From positions 1 to 64,000 of the IMG/VR virus record IMGVR_UViG_3300002131_000090: DNA of 64,000 bases. One strand, written 5' to 3'. Shown one piece after another: positions 28,191 to 36,713 of this stretch. The position numbers and the translations under genes are program-made. This DNA is from a virus. Each line of letters starts with the position of its first letter. The first letter of the stretch is position 1. The notes under the pieces were generated by a model, which saw nothing but the letters and a program-made list of their open reading frames with translations, searched no databases and was not told the origin of the DNA.

Positions 28191-28625
28191 GATTACATGT
28201 TAAGAAGAAGCAAAGAGGAAAATGCTAAATTGACAAACGCAAAACGCAGTATCTGGGTTACATTCCGTAAAGAAGGTATCCATAAGTATCCAGCAGCACT
28301 AACTGATCCTAAACTAGCTACTGGTGACGAGTACGATGTAAGTTTCCTAGGATATCCGCATCGACATATTTTCCATTTTAAAGTTCAGATCGAAGTATTC
28401 CACGACGATCGCGACCTTGAATTTATTCAATTTAAACGTTGGCTAGAAAATCTCTACAAAGGAGATATTCTTCAACTAGATTACAAATCGTGTGAAATGA
28501 TTTCAGATGATTTGTATACACAGATTAATAACAAATACCCAGGCCGATTTGTTATTATTGATGTCGCCGAAGATGGCGAAAATGGCTCTCAAACAATTTA
28601 CCCTAACATTCCAAATAAGGACTAA
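28170..28625 (+). CDS. queD: QueD-like 6-carboxytetrahydropterin synthase (T-fold)
   Basis: EGIH, HRH metal ligands, SCE, VAEDGENG; pathway context. Confidence 0.72.
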   Translation: MTEESYYDYMLRRSKEENAKLTNAKRSIWVTFRKEGIHKYPAALTDPKLATGDEYDVSFLGYPHRHIFHFKVQIEVFHDDRDLEFIQFKRWLENLYKGDILQLDYKSCEMISDDLYTQINNKYPGRFVIIDVAEDGENGSQTIYPNIPNKD

Positions 28626-28630
28626 AAATA

Positions 28631-28831
28631 ATGGCTATTACCAATACAGTGGTTAATAAAATCTTTAACGACCTTGAAGAGTTTTACAATTATTGTCGTT
28701 TTGAAGGTCAAGTCTTCAATGAAGCCGATCTTTACAAATCAGATGCTAGAGCATGGCAGGCTTATACAAAGTATCGCAATTGGCTGAGAGCAAAAGCTCG
28801 AGGTGGTGTAAGGAATAACCGTAATGCGTAA
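28631..28831 (+). CDS. Hypothetical protein
   Basis: IFNDLE.F..YCR.EG..FNEADLY. Confidence 0.65.
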   Translation: MAITNTVVNKIFNDLEEFYNYCRFEGQVFNEADLYKSDARAWQAYTKYRNWLRAKARGGVRNNRNA

Positions 28832-29987
28832 ACTGTTTTACATGGGGCTAGAACCCTATGAAGGCAGGTACACACTACAATTAGAGGAATGGTCTCGTCG
28901 TGCTTTTGCACGTCGAGATATTTCTTGGGTAAATGTACCTGGAAAAACTATCGACAACACTAAAGCAATCAGTGTAGGACAAGTGCTTGATGCACACGGG
29001 CGCAGTTATTTTGCAATGAGTCAGATGATGAACCTTGTGCAAATGATGCGTGAAGGTGAAGTTACAGGCGAAGACGTTGTATTCTTTGAAGATATGTTTC
29101 AACCTGGAATGGAATCACTTCCGTATATTATGGATCAGATTCCAGCAGAGCAACGTCCTAAAGTTTGGATTCGTTGTCTAGCACAAGCTATTGACCCAGA
29201 TGACTTTGTACATGTTTGGGGCATGAGTAAATGGATGAGTTTATATGAAGAAATGTGCAACGAGTTTGTTACTGGTGTATTAGCAAGTAATGAAGAAATG
29301 GTTGCTAACATGAAGATTGCAAACTGGACTGCGCCTATTTATAACGTCAGTGGACTTGCTTTTGATAAAGAAGAAGTACAAGAACGTGTAGGTGTTATTA
29401 AACCGTTCGACCAACGTGCTAAACGTGTAGTATTTGCTGCTCGTTGGGATCAAGAAAAACAACCGGGCTTTTACATGGATTTAGCAGAGCAATATTCTGA
29501 TAAGACAGTGGAGTTTGCTATTGTTCAAGGCGGACCGTTGCGTTCAAACAATCCTAAATACATCGAACGTGCTAGAGCTTTAGAAGCAAAAGGTGTATTA
29601 AAGATCTACGAAGATCAAAAGAAGAACGATTATTATAACATTTTAAATGATAGCCGTGTACTGTTTAATTGTGCATTACAGGATTGGACTAGTAATACTG
29701 TAAGTGAAGCAGATGCACTAGGTGCTAATGCATTGTTTCCAGCATATCGTAGTTTTCCAGAAATTTTTGTAAACGATCATACACGCTTGTATATTCCGTG
29801 GAGTATAGAAGATGCTACAAACAAGTTGAAAGCATTGTTAGAACATCGTCATCCATATGTTGGAAAGATTTCGGATTGGACTAATGGTACTATCGATCGT
29901 TACATTGACATTATGCAAGGTAACGGTGAACAATGGAACCGTAATAGCAATCGCTACAGAGATGAAGTAGCAAAGAGAAAGTATTGA
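28824..29987 (+). CDS. GT-B fold glycosyltransferase
   Basis: VVFAARWDQEKQP, QDWTSNTVSEADALG, P...SFPE (E-x7-E-like region). Confidence 0.82.
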   Translation: MRKLFYMGLEPYEGRYTLQLEEWSRRAFARRDISWVNVPGKTIDNTKAISVGQVLDAHGRSYFAMSQMMNLVQMMREGEVTGEDVVFFEDMFQPGMESLPYIMDQIPAEQRPKVWIRCLAQAIDPDDFVHVWGMSKWMSLYEEMCNEFVTGVLASNEEMVANMKIANWTAPIYNVSGLAFDKEEVQERVGVIKPFDQRAKRVVFAARWDQEKQPGFYMDLAEQYSDKTVEFAIVQGGPLRSNNPKYIERARALEAKGVLKIYEDQKKNDYYNILNDSRVLFNCALQDWTSNTVSEADALGANALFPAYRSFPEIFVNDHTRLYIPWSIEDATNKLKALLEHRHPYVGKISDWTNGTIDRYIDIMQGNGEQWNRNSNRYRDEVAKRKY

Positions 29988-30595
29988 TTATGTGGACTAA
30001 GGATGATATCAAGACTCACTTTATAAATCTAAAAATACCAGATGATGTTATTGTAGATTTTACTAGAAAAGAAAATCCAATACACGGAGCAATAGGTTTT
30101 TGGGCTGAAAGAGAATTTGAAAAGTATAGCAAATTAGACTTCAACAACGGCGAAGGTGTTGATTTACCTAGCGGATTCAATGGCGACTCCAATCCATGGG
30201 AGGTAAAAACCCAAGAAATAAATAGCAATGCTTTTTTAACAATCGGAGCATACTCAAAAAACGCTATAGTAACTTCTAGTGGAAAAGTCTGTTTTAATAA
30301 GTTAACAACTAACTTAATATACATTCAATGGTGCAAAAACCGTGGCATAGTAAAATCAGTAGATTTTATTAACAATAATACAAAGTTTGTAAAAGATGAC
30401 GTTAGCACGTACTTGAAGCTTGCGGCTGCTGAAATTAGTGAAGCTAAAGAACCTCCTAAACACAGAGAATGGTTAAACGGCGATCGTTCTTATCCGTTTG
30501 TTATGGCAAATAAAGGAAAAGGAATGATTCAAGTTAGAATGACTAAGACCCAATTGCTTGGCAGAACGTTAAACACAGGATTTTTATTCGAATGA
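29984..30595 (+). CDS. Putative PD-(D/E)XK endonuclease
   Basis: G..AE...E helix, GVD, WEVKT; ATG start possibly at 29990. Confidence 0.55.
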   Translation: MIMWTKDDIKTHFINLKIPDDVIVDFTRKENPIHGAIGFWAEREFEKYSKLDFNNGEGVDLPSGFNGDSNPWEVKTQEINSNAFLTIGAYSKNAIVTSSGKVCFNKLTTNLIYIQWCKNRGIVKSVDFINNNTKFVKDDVSTYLKLAAAEISEAKEPPKHREWLNGDRSYPFVMANKGKGMIQVRMTKTQLLGRTLNTGFLFE

Positions 30596-31464
30596 AAGTA
30601 TTAGTCACAGGAGCAACCGGCTATGTAGGAAGTCATGTTTGCAGATTACTTAAAGAACACGGGCATTATGTATCCGCTATGGATATTAATCTACATGGCG
30701 AATACAATGACATAAGTGCATATTGCGATGAATTTTTTAAAACAGATGTAACCGAAATAGATTATAATTTTGGTGAATACGATGCTGTTGTGCATTTAGC
30801 AGGACGTAGTATTGTTCCAGTTAGTATGAAAATTCCTACAGAATACTATCGTGTTAATACCATGGGTACTGCTAATTTAATTAATCATGTAAAAACACCG
30901 CATGTATTGTTTGCTAGTACAAGCAGTGCTTGGGAAATGAAGTCACCGTATGCTCGCAGTAAGGTCGGAGCAGAAGATGTAATCAAAGAAAAAGCAGATG
31001 GTTACACTATTTTTAGATTTTTTAATGTATCAGGCACCGATGGAATTCATCGTCAACTGGGTGCGCCTTCGCATCTTATTCGTGTTGCAGCTATGGCAGC
31101 GTCCGGTAAACGTCCTAATATAGAAATATTTGGTGACGACTACGATACTAGAGATGGAACTTGCATACGTGATTACGTTCATGTAGTTGACCTAGCTAAA
31201 GCAATTACTAAAGCTGTAGAAGCAGGACCAGCAAATACTCCGTATGAGTGTCTTGGATCTAACAAAGGATGGACTGTTTTAGAAGTGCTCGATACAATGG
31301 AAAAAGTTACTGGAGTAAAACTTAACAGAGTACTAGCACCACGTAGACAAGGTGATGCAGTTGCAAGTGTAGTTGATAATCTTAGTGATTTTATTAAATT
31401 AGAAAAAACTATCGAAGACATGTGTTTAGATCAATACAAATTGGAAATAGGAAGAAATGGATAA
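30592..31464 (+). CDS. galE: UDP-glucose 4-epimerase-like SDR
   Basis: TGATGYVG, YARSK, FRFFNV, DGTCIRDYVHVVDLA. Confidence 0.9.
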   Translation: MKVLVTGATGYVGSHVCRLLKEHGHYVSAMDINLHGEYNDISAYCDEFFKTDVTEIDYNFGEYDAVVHLAGRSIVPVSMKIPTEYYRVNTMGTANLINHVKTPHVLFASTSSAWEMKSPYARSKVGAEDVIKEKADGYTIFRFFNVSGTDGIHRQLGAPSHLIRVAAMAASGKRPNIEIFGDDYDTRDGTCIRDYVHVVDLAKAITKAVEAGPANTPYECLGSNKGWTVLEVLDTMEKVTGVKLNRVLAPRRQGDAVASVVDNLSDFIKLEKTIEDMCLDQYKLEIGRNG

Positions 31465-31759
31465 AGAAACATACTACGGAGTTAGCGAAGACACTGTTAC
31501 AATAACCCTTGATGCTTACAATACGACGACGATTGATTCAGTTAATTGGTCAGATGCTAATAATGCTGTTTTTAGTATAGACGGCATTACATTAGATAGT
31601 AGTTATGTAGAATTTGAAGATACTATGCCCGAAGTTGCTAAAATAGAAGACATGTGTAAAGAGTATCCAGCATTAGAAAAAGCGTATGAAAATTTTAAAA
31701 CAATGTATAAACTGGTTCACCAAGACTGGGTCGGGAACCAAAAAAAGGAATCTAACTAA
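31457..31759 (+). CDS. Hypothetical protein
   Basis: MC..YPAL.KAYENFK..Y.LV pattern. Confidence 0.65.
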   Translation: MDKETYYGVSEDTVTITLDAYNTTTIDSVNWSDANNAVFSIDGITLDSSYVEFEDTMPEVAKIEDMCKEYPALEKAYENFKTMYKLVHQDWVGNQKKESN

Positions 31760-31941
31760 TGGCTATGAATCATCAACCTAAAAAGAATGCCGACGCAGAT
31801 TTAATTGCAGAGTTTCTAGCAAAAGGCAATGCTGTTACTGTAGGTAAAACTAAACCCATGGCAAATGAATTAGGCATTAGTAACTACACGTGGAATAACA
31901 AACTTACTAAGGCAGAGAAAGGTGCAAAGGACGGAAAATGA
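31759..31941 (+). CDS. Hypothetical protein
   Basis: IAEFLAKG..VT; translationally coupled. Confidence 0.6.
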   Translation: MAMNHQPKKNADADLIAEFLAKGNAVTVGKTKPMANELGISNYTWNNKLTKAEKGAKDGK

Positions 31942-32486
31942 AAAAGAAATACTATAGCTGGAATGATCTAGAACTTGCTGCTAATAAGATTATTATACAA
32001 ATGTATAAAGACGGATGGCAACCGGATTACATTGTAGGTATTACACGAGGTGGGTTGCCGTTGGCAACCGTTCTTAGTCATAAAATTGGGTGTAGAATGG
32101 AAACACTTAAAGTTAAACTACGAGATGCCGAAGATGGCGAAGATTGCGAAAGTAATTGCTGGATGAGTGAAGATGCGTTTGGATATAACTATCCAGAAAA
32201 ATCTGGTGTCACTGGCGCACGTTGGGATATTAAACAACGTAAGAACATTCTCATTGTAGATGACATAAATGATACCGGTGCTACATTCAATTGGATCAAA
32301 CAAGATTGGCAGAGCAGTTGTTTGCCTGATGAAGATAATTGGAATACAGTTTGGGGTAACAATGTACGCTTTGCTGTAATGACAGAAAATTTAGGTAGTA
32401 AGTTTAATGATGTAAACTATTACTACGACGAAGTAAACAAATCAGAAGAAAACATTTGGCTTGTATATCCATATGAGGCAGAGTAA
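31938..32486 (+). CDS. Type I phosphoribosyltransferase (Gpt-like)
   Basis: IVGITRGG, ILIVDDINDTGAT, W.VYPYE. Confidence 0.9.
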   Translation: MKKKYYSWNDLELAANKIIIQMYKDGWQPDYIVGITRGGLPLATVLSHKIGCRMETLKVKLRDAEDGEDCESNCWMSEDAFGYNYPEKSGVTGARWDIKQRKNILIVDDINDTGATFNWIKQDWQSSCLPDEDNWNTVWGNNVRFAVMTENLGSKFNDVNYYYDEVNKSEENIWLVYPYEAE

Positions 32487-32701
32487 TGAGCAATGTTATA
32501 AAATTTGAACCAAAAGAAAAGATGTGGACACTGAAGTTTATTTGTCCACAAGTCGTTAGTGTAAACAAAACTAAGGATGACGATTTTGCTATTGAGTTGA
32601 ATAGAGGCGCAGGCACGGCTTGGGTACCAGCTAAAACTAAAGTAGAAGCAAAACGTAAATTACACGCTGTTATTAAAATTACGGAATGGATTGATGATTA
32701 A
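32486..32701 (+). CDS. Hypothetical protein
   Basis: Coupled small ORF. Confidence 0.6.
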   Translation: MSNVIKFEPKEKMWTLKFICPQVVSVNKTKDDDFAIELNRGAGTAWVPAKTKVEAKRKLHAVIKITEWIDD

Positions 32702-32927
32702 AGATTGGTCCGTTACTGATATTACGAATCATATAAGTAAAATTGCTTGGGCTGAATCAGATAAACACATGGACGGATTTGTCACTTGGGGTTGTAAACA
32801 AGACCTTTATCAAATACTTTGGTTTGTAGAAAACAAACTTAGAAACTGTAGTACTTACGCAGGCGAAGAAGAGTTTGTCGAACAACACAATAAAAAAGAA
32901 ACTTGGAGAATACTAAGTGAGAAATAA
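32691..32927 (+). CDS. Hypothetical protein
   Basis: DGF..WGCKQDLY. Confidence 0.6.
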   Translation: MMIKDWSVTDITNHISKIAWAESDKHMDGFVTWGCKQDLYQILWFVENKLRNCSTYAGEEEFVEQHNKKETWRILSEK

Positions 32928-33099
32928 ATATGCAATCAAAGTATTTCTTGACAAAACTGATTGGATTTATCTAACCGAAGCTGGAGGTACTATGTTTGAA
33001 GTAGTACCTAAGTTATTTAAAACTAGAAAAGAAGCAGAGAAATATTCCGAACTATTTAATAACATAGAAATAGTAAGATATAGAAATAAAAATAATTAA
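32917..33099 (+). CDS. Hypothetical protein
   Basis: Small ORF with GTG start; F.TRKEAE. Confidence 0.55.
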   Translation: MRNKYAIKVFLDKTDWIYLTEAGGTMFEVVPKLFKTRKEAEKYSELFNNIEIVRYRNKNN

Positions 33100-33103
33100 C
33101 CCG

Positions 33104-33132
33104 TTGACAAATAATCTAAATAATGTTACTAT
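33104..33132 (+). promoter_or_regulatory. Sigma70-type promoter of the folE operon
   Basis: TTGACA-17-TACTAT with extended TG. Confidence 0.65.
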
Positions 33133-33174
33133 AAACAATAAGATGACATCCTCGTCTATAACTCGGAGAAGATA

Positions 33175-33858
33175 ATGAAGACAAGTAAAAAAATTAAACA
33201 ACGCATCGAAGCGGCTAAAGGTCGTTATTGGGCAGGCGATAATATTTCGCAATACATTGAAGAAAATGAACTACCAGAACTTATCAACGAACTTGCTAAA
33301 AAGTTTGATGACGTGCTAGATAGTCTTGTAATCGATCGTAAAACAGATCCTAATAGTATGGATACTGGACGTAGACTTGCAAAAATGTATGTTAAAGAAC
33401 TAATGTCAGGACGATACTATCCAATGCCCAATGCAACAGCATTTCCTAATCATGTAGATGATGGGTATGAAGGCATGCTGGTCGTGCGTAGCGAACTTAA
33501 AAGTGTTTGTTCGCATCATCACCAACCAGTAACAGGTGTAGCATATATTGGTATTATTGCAGCAGATAAACTGATTGGTCTTAGCAAGTATACACGCATT
33601 GCACAATGGTGTGCTAGACGTGGTACATTGCAAGAAGAACTATGTAACGACATTGCACGTGAGATTATGTCAGCAACAGGTGCAGCAGATGTAGGTGTTT
33701 ATATTCAAGCTACACATGGTTGCTGCGAGAATCGCGGCATTATGGCACATAGTAGTCTAACACAAACTACTGTACTTAAAGGTGCATTTAAAACTGATCC
33801 AGGTACAAAGAAAGAGTTCTTTGACAATATTAAATTGCAACAGGAGTTTGCACGATGA
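33175..33858 (+). CDS. folE: GTP cyclohydrolase I
   Basis: SVCSHH, IGLSKY.R, LQE, H.C...RG. Confidence 0.95.
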   Translation: MKTSKKIKQRIEAAKGRYWAGDNISQYIEENELPELINELAKKFDDVLDSLVIDRKTDPNSMDTGRRLAKMYVKELMSGRYYPMPNATAFPNHVDDGYEGMLVVRSELKSVCSHHHQPVTGVAYIGIIAADKLIGLSKYTRIAQWCARRGTLQEELCNDIAREIMSATGAADVGVYIQATHGCCENRGIMAHSSLTQTTVLKGAFKTDPGTKKEFFDNIKLQQEFAR

Positions 33859-34010
33859 TGAATATTTTAGACATTAAAAGTAAACGAATTGATAATGTAA
33901 ATCGTATTGTTAAAAATACAACGCCAAACTCTTGGGCACATAAACATTGGTCAACTGTTCTTGCTAGTTTATTACGTGATTGGAAACGATCGGTAGGAGA
34001 AGCAAAATGA
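33855..34010 (+). CDS. Small hypothetical protein (51 aa, not in the ORF track)
   Basis: MMNILDIK...SWAHKHW..VL..L; ATGA-coupled to both folE and queE. Confidence 0.6.
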   Translation: MMNILDIKSKRIDNVNRIVKNTTPNSWAHKHWSTVLASLLRDWKRSVGEAK

Positions 34011-34903
34011 AACTAAGATATAGCGAAGCGTTTTACAGCGTACAAGGCGAAGGTAAGTTTGTAGGAGTACCTAGTGTATTCCTGCGTACCTTTGGTTGTA
34101 ACTTCCGTTGCATGAACTTTGGACTTGGTCGTGATGAGCCTAGTCGTGCAGAAAAACTTGCAAACGGACAAAGATACAATCAAGAAGTAAAAGACTTGCT
34201 GGACGGCGGTATATTAGATCGTGTTGAAAAGTTTGAAGACTTGCCTATTATCCATACAGGCTGTGATACATATGCAAGTATCTATCCCGAGTTTAAACAC
34301 TTGGTACATGATGCTACTATTGATGAAGTAGTAGAACACATTCTGTCGCTTACTCCAGAAGGTAAGTGGACAATGGATAATGGACAGGATGTCCATTTGA
34401 TTTTAACAGGTGGCGAACCTTTACTTGCTTGGCAGCGAATGTATATTGAATTGTTTGAACACCCGCGTATGAAGGATTTAAAAAATGTTACTTTTGAAAC
34501 AAACACTACACAATATTTACACGACGATTTCTTTAAATATCTTAACAATCAAGATAGAATTACAGTTACATGGAGTTGCAGCCCTAAACTCTCCGTATCA
34601 GGAGAAAGTTGGGAAGATGCTATCAAGCCTGGCGTTGCTTTCAACTACAGTCTTGTGGACGGTAGTGACATTTATCTTAAATTTGTTGTTGCTGATCGTG
34701 CAGACATTGAAGAAGCTGGCAGAGCTGTTCAAGCATATCGTGACGAAGGCATTGAGTGTCCGGTATATCTTATGCCGCTTGGAGGACGTTCGGAAGAGTA
34801 TAATCTCAACGTTCGAGAGGTTGCAGAAGTTTGTATGGAAAAAGGATGGCGCTTTACCCCAAGACTCCACATTAGCTTATTCGGAAATGCCTGGGGGACT
34901 TAA
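34007..34903 (+). CDS. queE: 7-carboxy-7-deazaguanine synthase (radical SAM)
   Basis: FYSVQGEG..VG.PSVFLR..GCNFRC ... GCDT, TGGEP, ETN, SPKL, RLH; AGGAG SD before ATG 34007. Confidence 0.92.
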   Translation: MKLRYSEAFYSVQGEGKFVGVPSVFLRTFGCNFRCMNFGLGRDEPSRAEKLANGQRYNQEVKDLLDGGILDRVEKFEDLPIIHTGCDTYASIYPEFKHLVHDATIDEVVEHILSLTPEGKWTMDNGQDVHLILTGGEPLLAWQRMYIELFEHPRMKDLKNVTFETNTTQYLHDDFFKYLNNQDRITVTWSCSPKLSVSGESWEDAIKPGVAFNYSLVDGSDIYLKFVVADRADIEEAGRAVQAYRDEGIECPVYLMPLGGRSEEYNLNVREVAEVCMEKGWRFTPRLHISLFGNAWGT

Positions 34904-34973
34904 ACAAAACGAGCAGTTGCGCAAAGCAATGAAGGCTCCAATAGACTTAGATAAAATTAGAAACGGATTATAA
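34887..34973 (+). CDS. Possible 28-aa peptide bridging queE and metK
   Basis: MPGGLKQ...KIRNGL overlaps the queE end; its stop abuts the metK ATG. Confidence 0.3.
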   Translation: MPGGLKQNEQLRKAMKAPIDLDKIRNGL

Positions 34974-36068
34974 ATGAACTATATTTTTACTAGTGAAAGT
35001 GTTAGCGACGGACACCCAGATAAGATCGCAGACCAAATCTCAGATGCACTCGTTGATGCAGGGTTAAAGGCAGGTGATACTACTACTCGTGTTGCGGTCG
35101 AAACACTTGTAACTACTAACCATGTTACGTTGGCAGGCGAAGTAAAAAACTTTAATGTGAGCAAGGACGAAGTAAAAGAAATTGTACGCAATAAAGTTAA
35201 AGAGATCGGTTATGAACAGGATGGGTTTCATTGGGATAAACTAAACATCTACAATGAAATCCATTCACAAAGTGCTGACATTGCGCTGGGCACTGATGAC
35301 TTTGGTGCTGGAGATCAAGGCATTATGTTTGGATACGCTTGTAATCATACACCCAGTATGATGCCAGCACCTATTCATTATAGTCATGCGATTCTTAAAG
35401 AACTTAAAGCGTCACGTCTACCAGGCAGTGTACTTGGGCCAGATGCTAAGTCTCAAGTAAGTGTTGAGTATAATGGTGCTAGACGCGAAGGTATTGTTAA
35501 CCGTATCGATCAGATTGTTATTAGTACGCAACACACCGAAGGCGATGTAGAAGTAGCAAGAGATTTAGCTCGATCAGTAGCAACAAGTGTATTAGGAGAT
35601 TTAATTGATGACGAAACTGTATGGCACCTTAACCCAACTGGTAACTTTGTTATTGGCGGGCCTGACGGGGATGCGGGCGTTACTGGAAGAAAAATTATTG
35701 TGGATACATACGGCGGTTTTGCCCCTCATGGTGGTGGTGCTTTTAGCGGTAAGGATCCTACAAAAGTAGATCGCAGTGCAGCATACATGGCACGTTGGAT
35801 TGCTAAGAACGTTGTAGCAGATGAAATGGCAGACTGGTGTAACATTCAGTTAAGCTATGCTATTGGTGTTAAACAGCCTACTAGTATTCTTGTTGATAGT
35901 AATGGACACAACCGTAGTATTGAGCGTTTTATTCGTAAAGAGATTGATTTAAGTCCAAAAGGAATCATTGATCGCTTTGACTTGTTTAACTTCCACGAGT
36001 ACAGTAAGAATTGTGTGTATGGACACTTTGGTGACAAACTTGTACCGTGGGAAAGTATTGGATGGTAA
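34974..36068 (+). CDS. metK: S-adenosylmethionine synthetase
   Basis: FTSESV..GHPDK, GAGDQG, TGRKIIVDTYGG, GGGAFSGKD.TKVDRS. Confidence 0.97.
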   Translation: MNYIFTSESVSDGHPDKIADQISDALVDAGLKAGDTTTRVAVETLVTTNHVTLAGEVKNFNVSKDEVKEIVRNKVKEIGYEQDGFHWDKLNIYNEIHSQSADIALGTDDFGAGDQGIMFGYACNHTPSMMPAPIHYSHAILKELKASRLPGSVLGPDAKSQVSVEYNGARREGIVNRIDQIVISTQHTEGDVEVARDLARSVATSVLGDLIDDETVWHLNPTGNFVIGGPDGDAGVTGRKIIVDTYGGFAPHGGGAFSGKDPTKVDRSAAYMARWIAKNVVADEMADWCNIQLSYAIGVKQPTSILVDSNGHNRSIERFIRKEIDLSPKGIIDRFDLFNFHEYSKNCVYGHFGDKLVPWESIGW

Positions 36069-36713
36069 TGAGTCTGCTGATATATCCCACAGGTTCAGGC
36101 GGTCACTTTCTAACTGCACTGTGTGATAATTTTAAAATACCACACACTGTTACTAAAGATAACGAATGGATTATTGATCAGGCATCGGCTTTGTCAGTAA
36201 GCCATTTGTACATTCAGTGTTTTCCATTATCTAAATTTAGACAATTTTTGGATAGTATAGATAATGTATTGGTTATGGATATTGGATCATACCAATATTA
36301 TGTGGAAGAATTAACTGACATTAAACGTGGCAAACATAGTCCCAGTAATTGGATTATGCCACCAGTAAACAGTCGTCGTATCAGCCGTCTTGTCAGCCGT
36401 GAGAACAGGAGGCATTATATTGCTTTCTATAACAGGTTGCAAAGGCTGGGTAAACGTGTTATACTTGTAAATTATAAGAACTTGATTATCAATCAACAGC
36501 ATAATGAAATACAGAAATTTTTTGATTTTGTACATCTAAATGTTGATGACTTTGGTGGGATTGATGCAGTAGCAAGTTTGATTAAGGCGTATCATGACAG
36601 TAACACCAATGTAATGAAAAACAACGGAGCAATAAATTGCTTAAAAAATTAAAAATTGTAACGGGTAACACCCAGTATACAATATAGGAAAGGATTGGAT
36701 GGTAATGAGTCTG
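36050..36713 (+). repeat. 27-bp direct repeat (36050-36076 and 36687-36713) flanking one gene
   Basis: GGAAAG(T/G)ATTGGATGGTAATGAGTCTG, 26/27 identical. Confidence 0.9.
36068..36652 (+). CDS. Hypothetical protein, sulfotransferase-like N-terminal loop
   Basis: YPTGSGGHFL near the N-terminus, V.Y..L near the C-terminus; TAATG-coupled to metK. Confidence 0.5.
   Translation: MSLLIYPTGSGGHFLTALCDNFKIPHTVTKDNEWIIDQASALSVSHLYIQCFPLSKFRQFLDSIDNVLVMDIGSYQYYVEELTDIKRGKHSPSNWIMPPVNSRRISRLVSRENRRHYIAFYNRLQRLGKRVILVNYKNLIINQQHNEIQKFFDFVHLNVDDFGGIDAVASLIKAYHDSNTNVMKNNGAINCLKN

Noticed and set aside
36633-36653. Similarity of AAATTGCTTAAAAAATT to the start of the gene at 40585
   Set aside because: Short, A-rich and gapped; insufficient to call a further duplication
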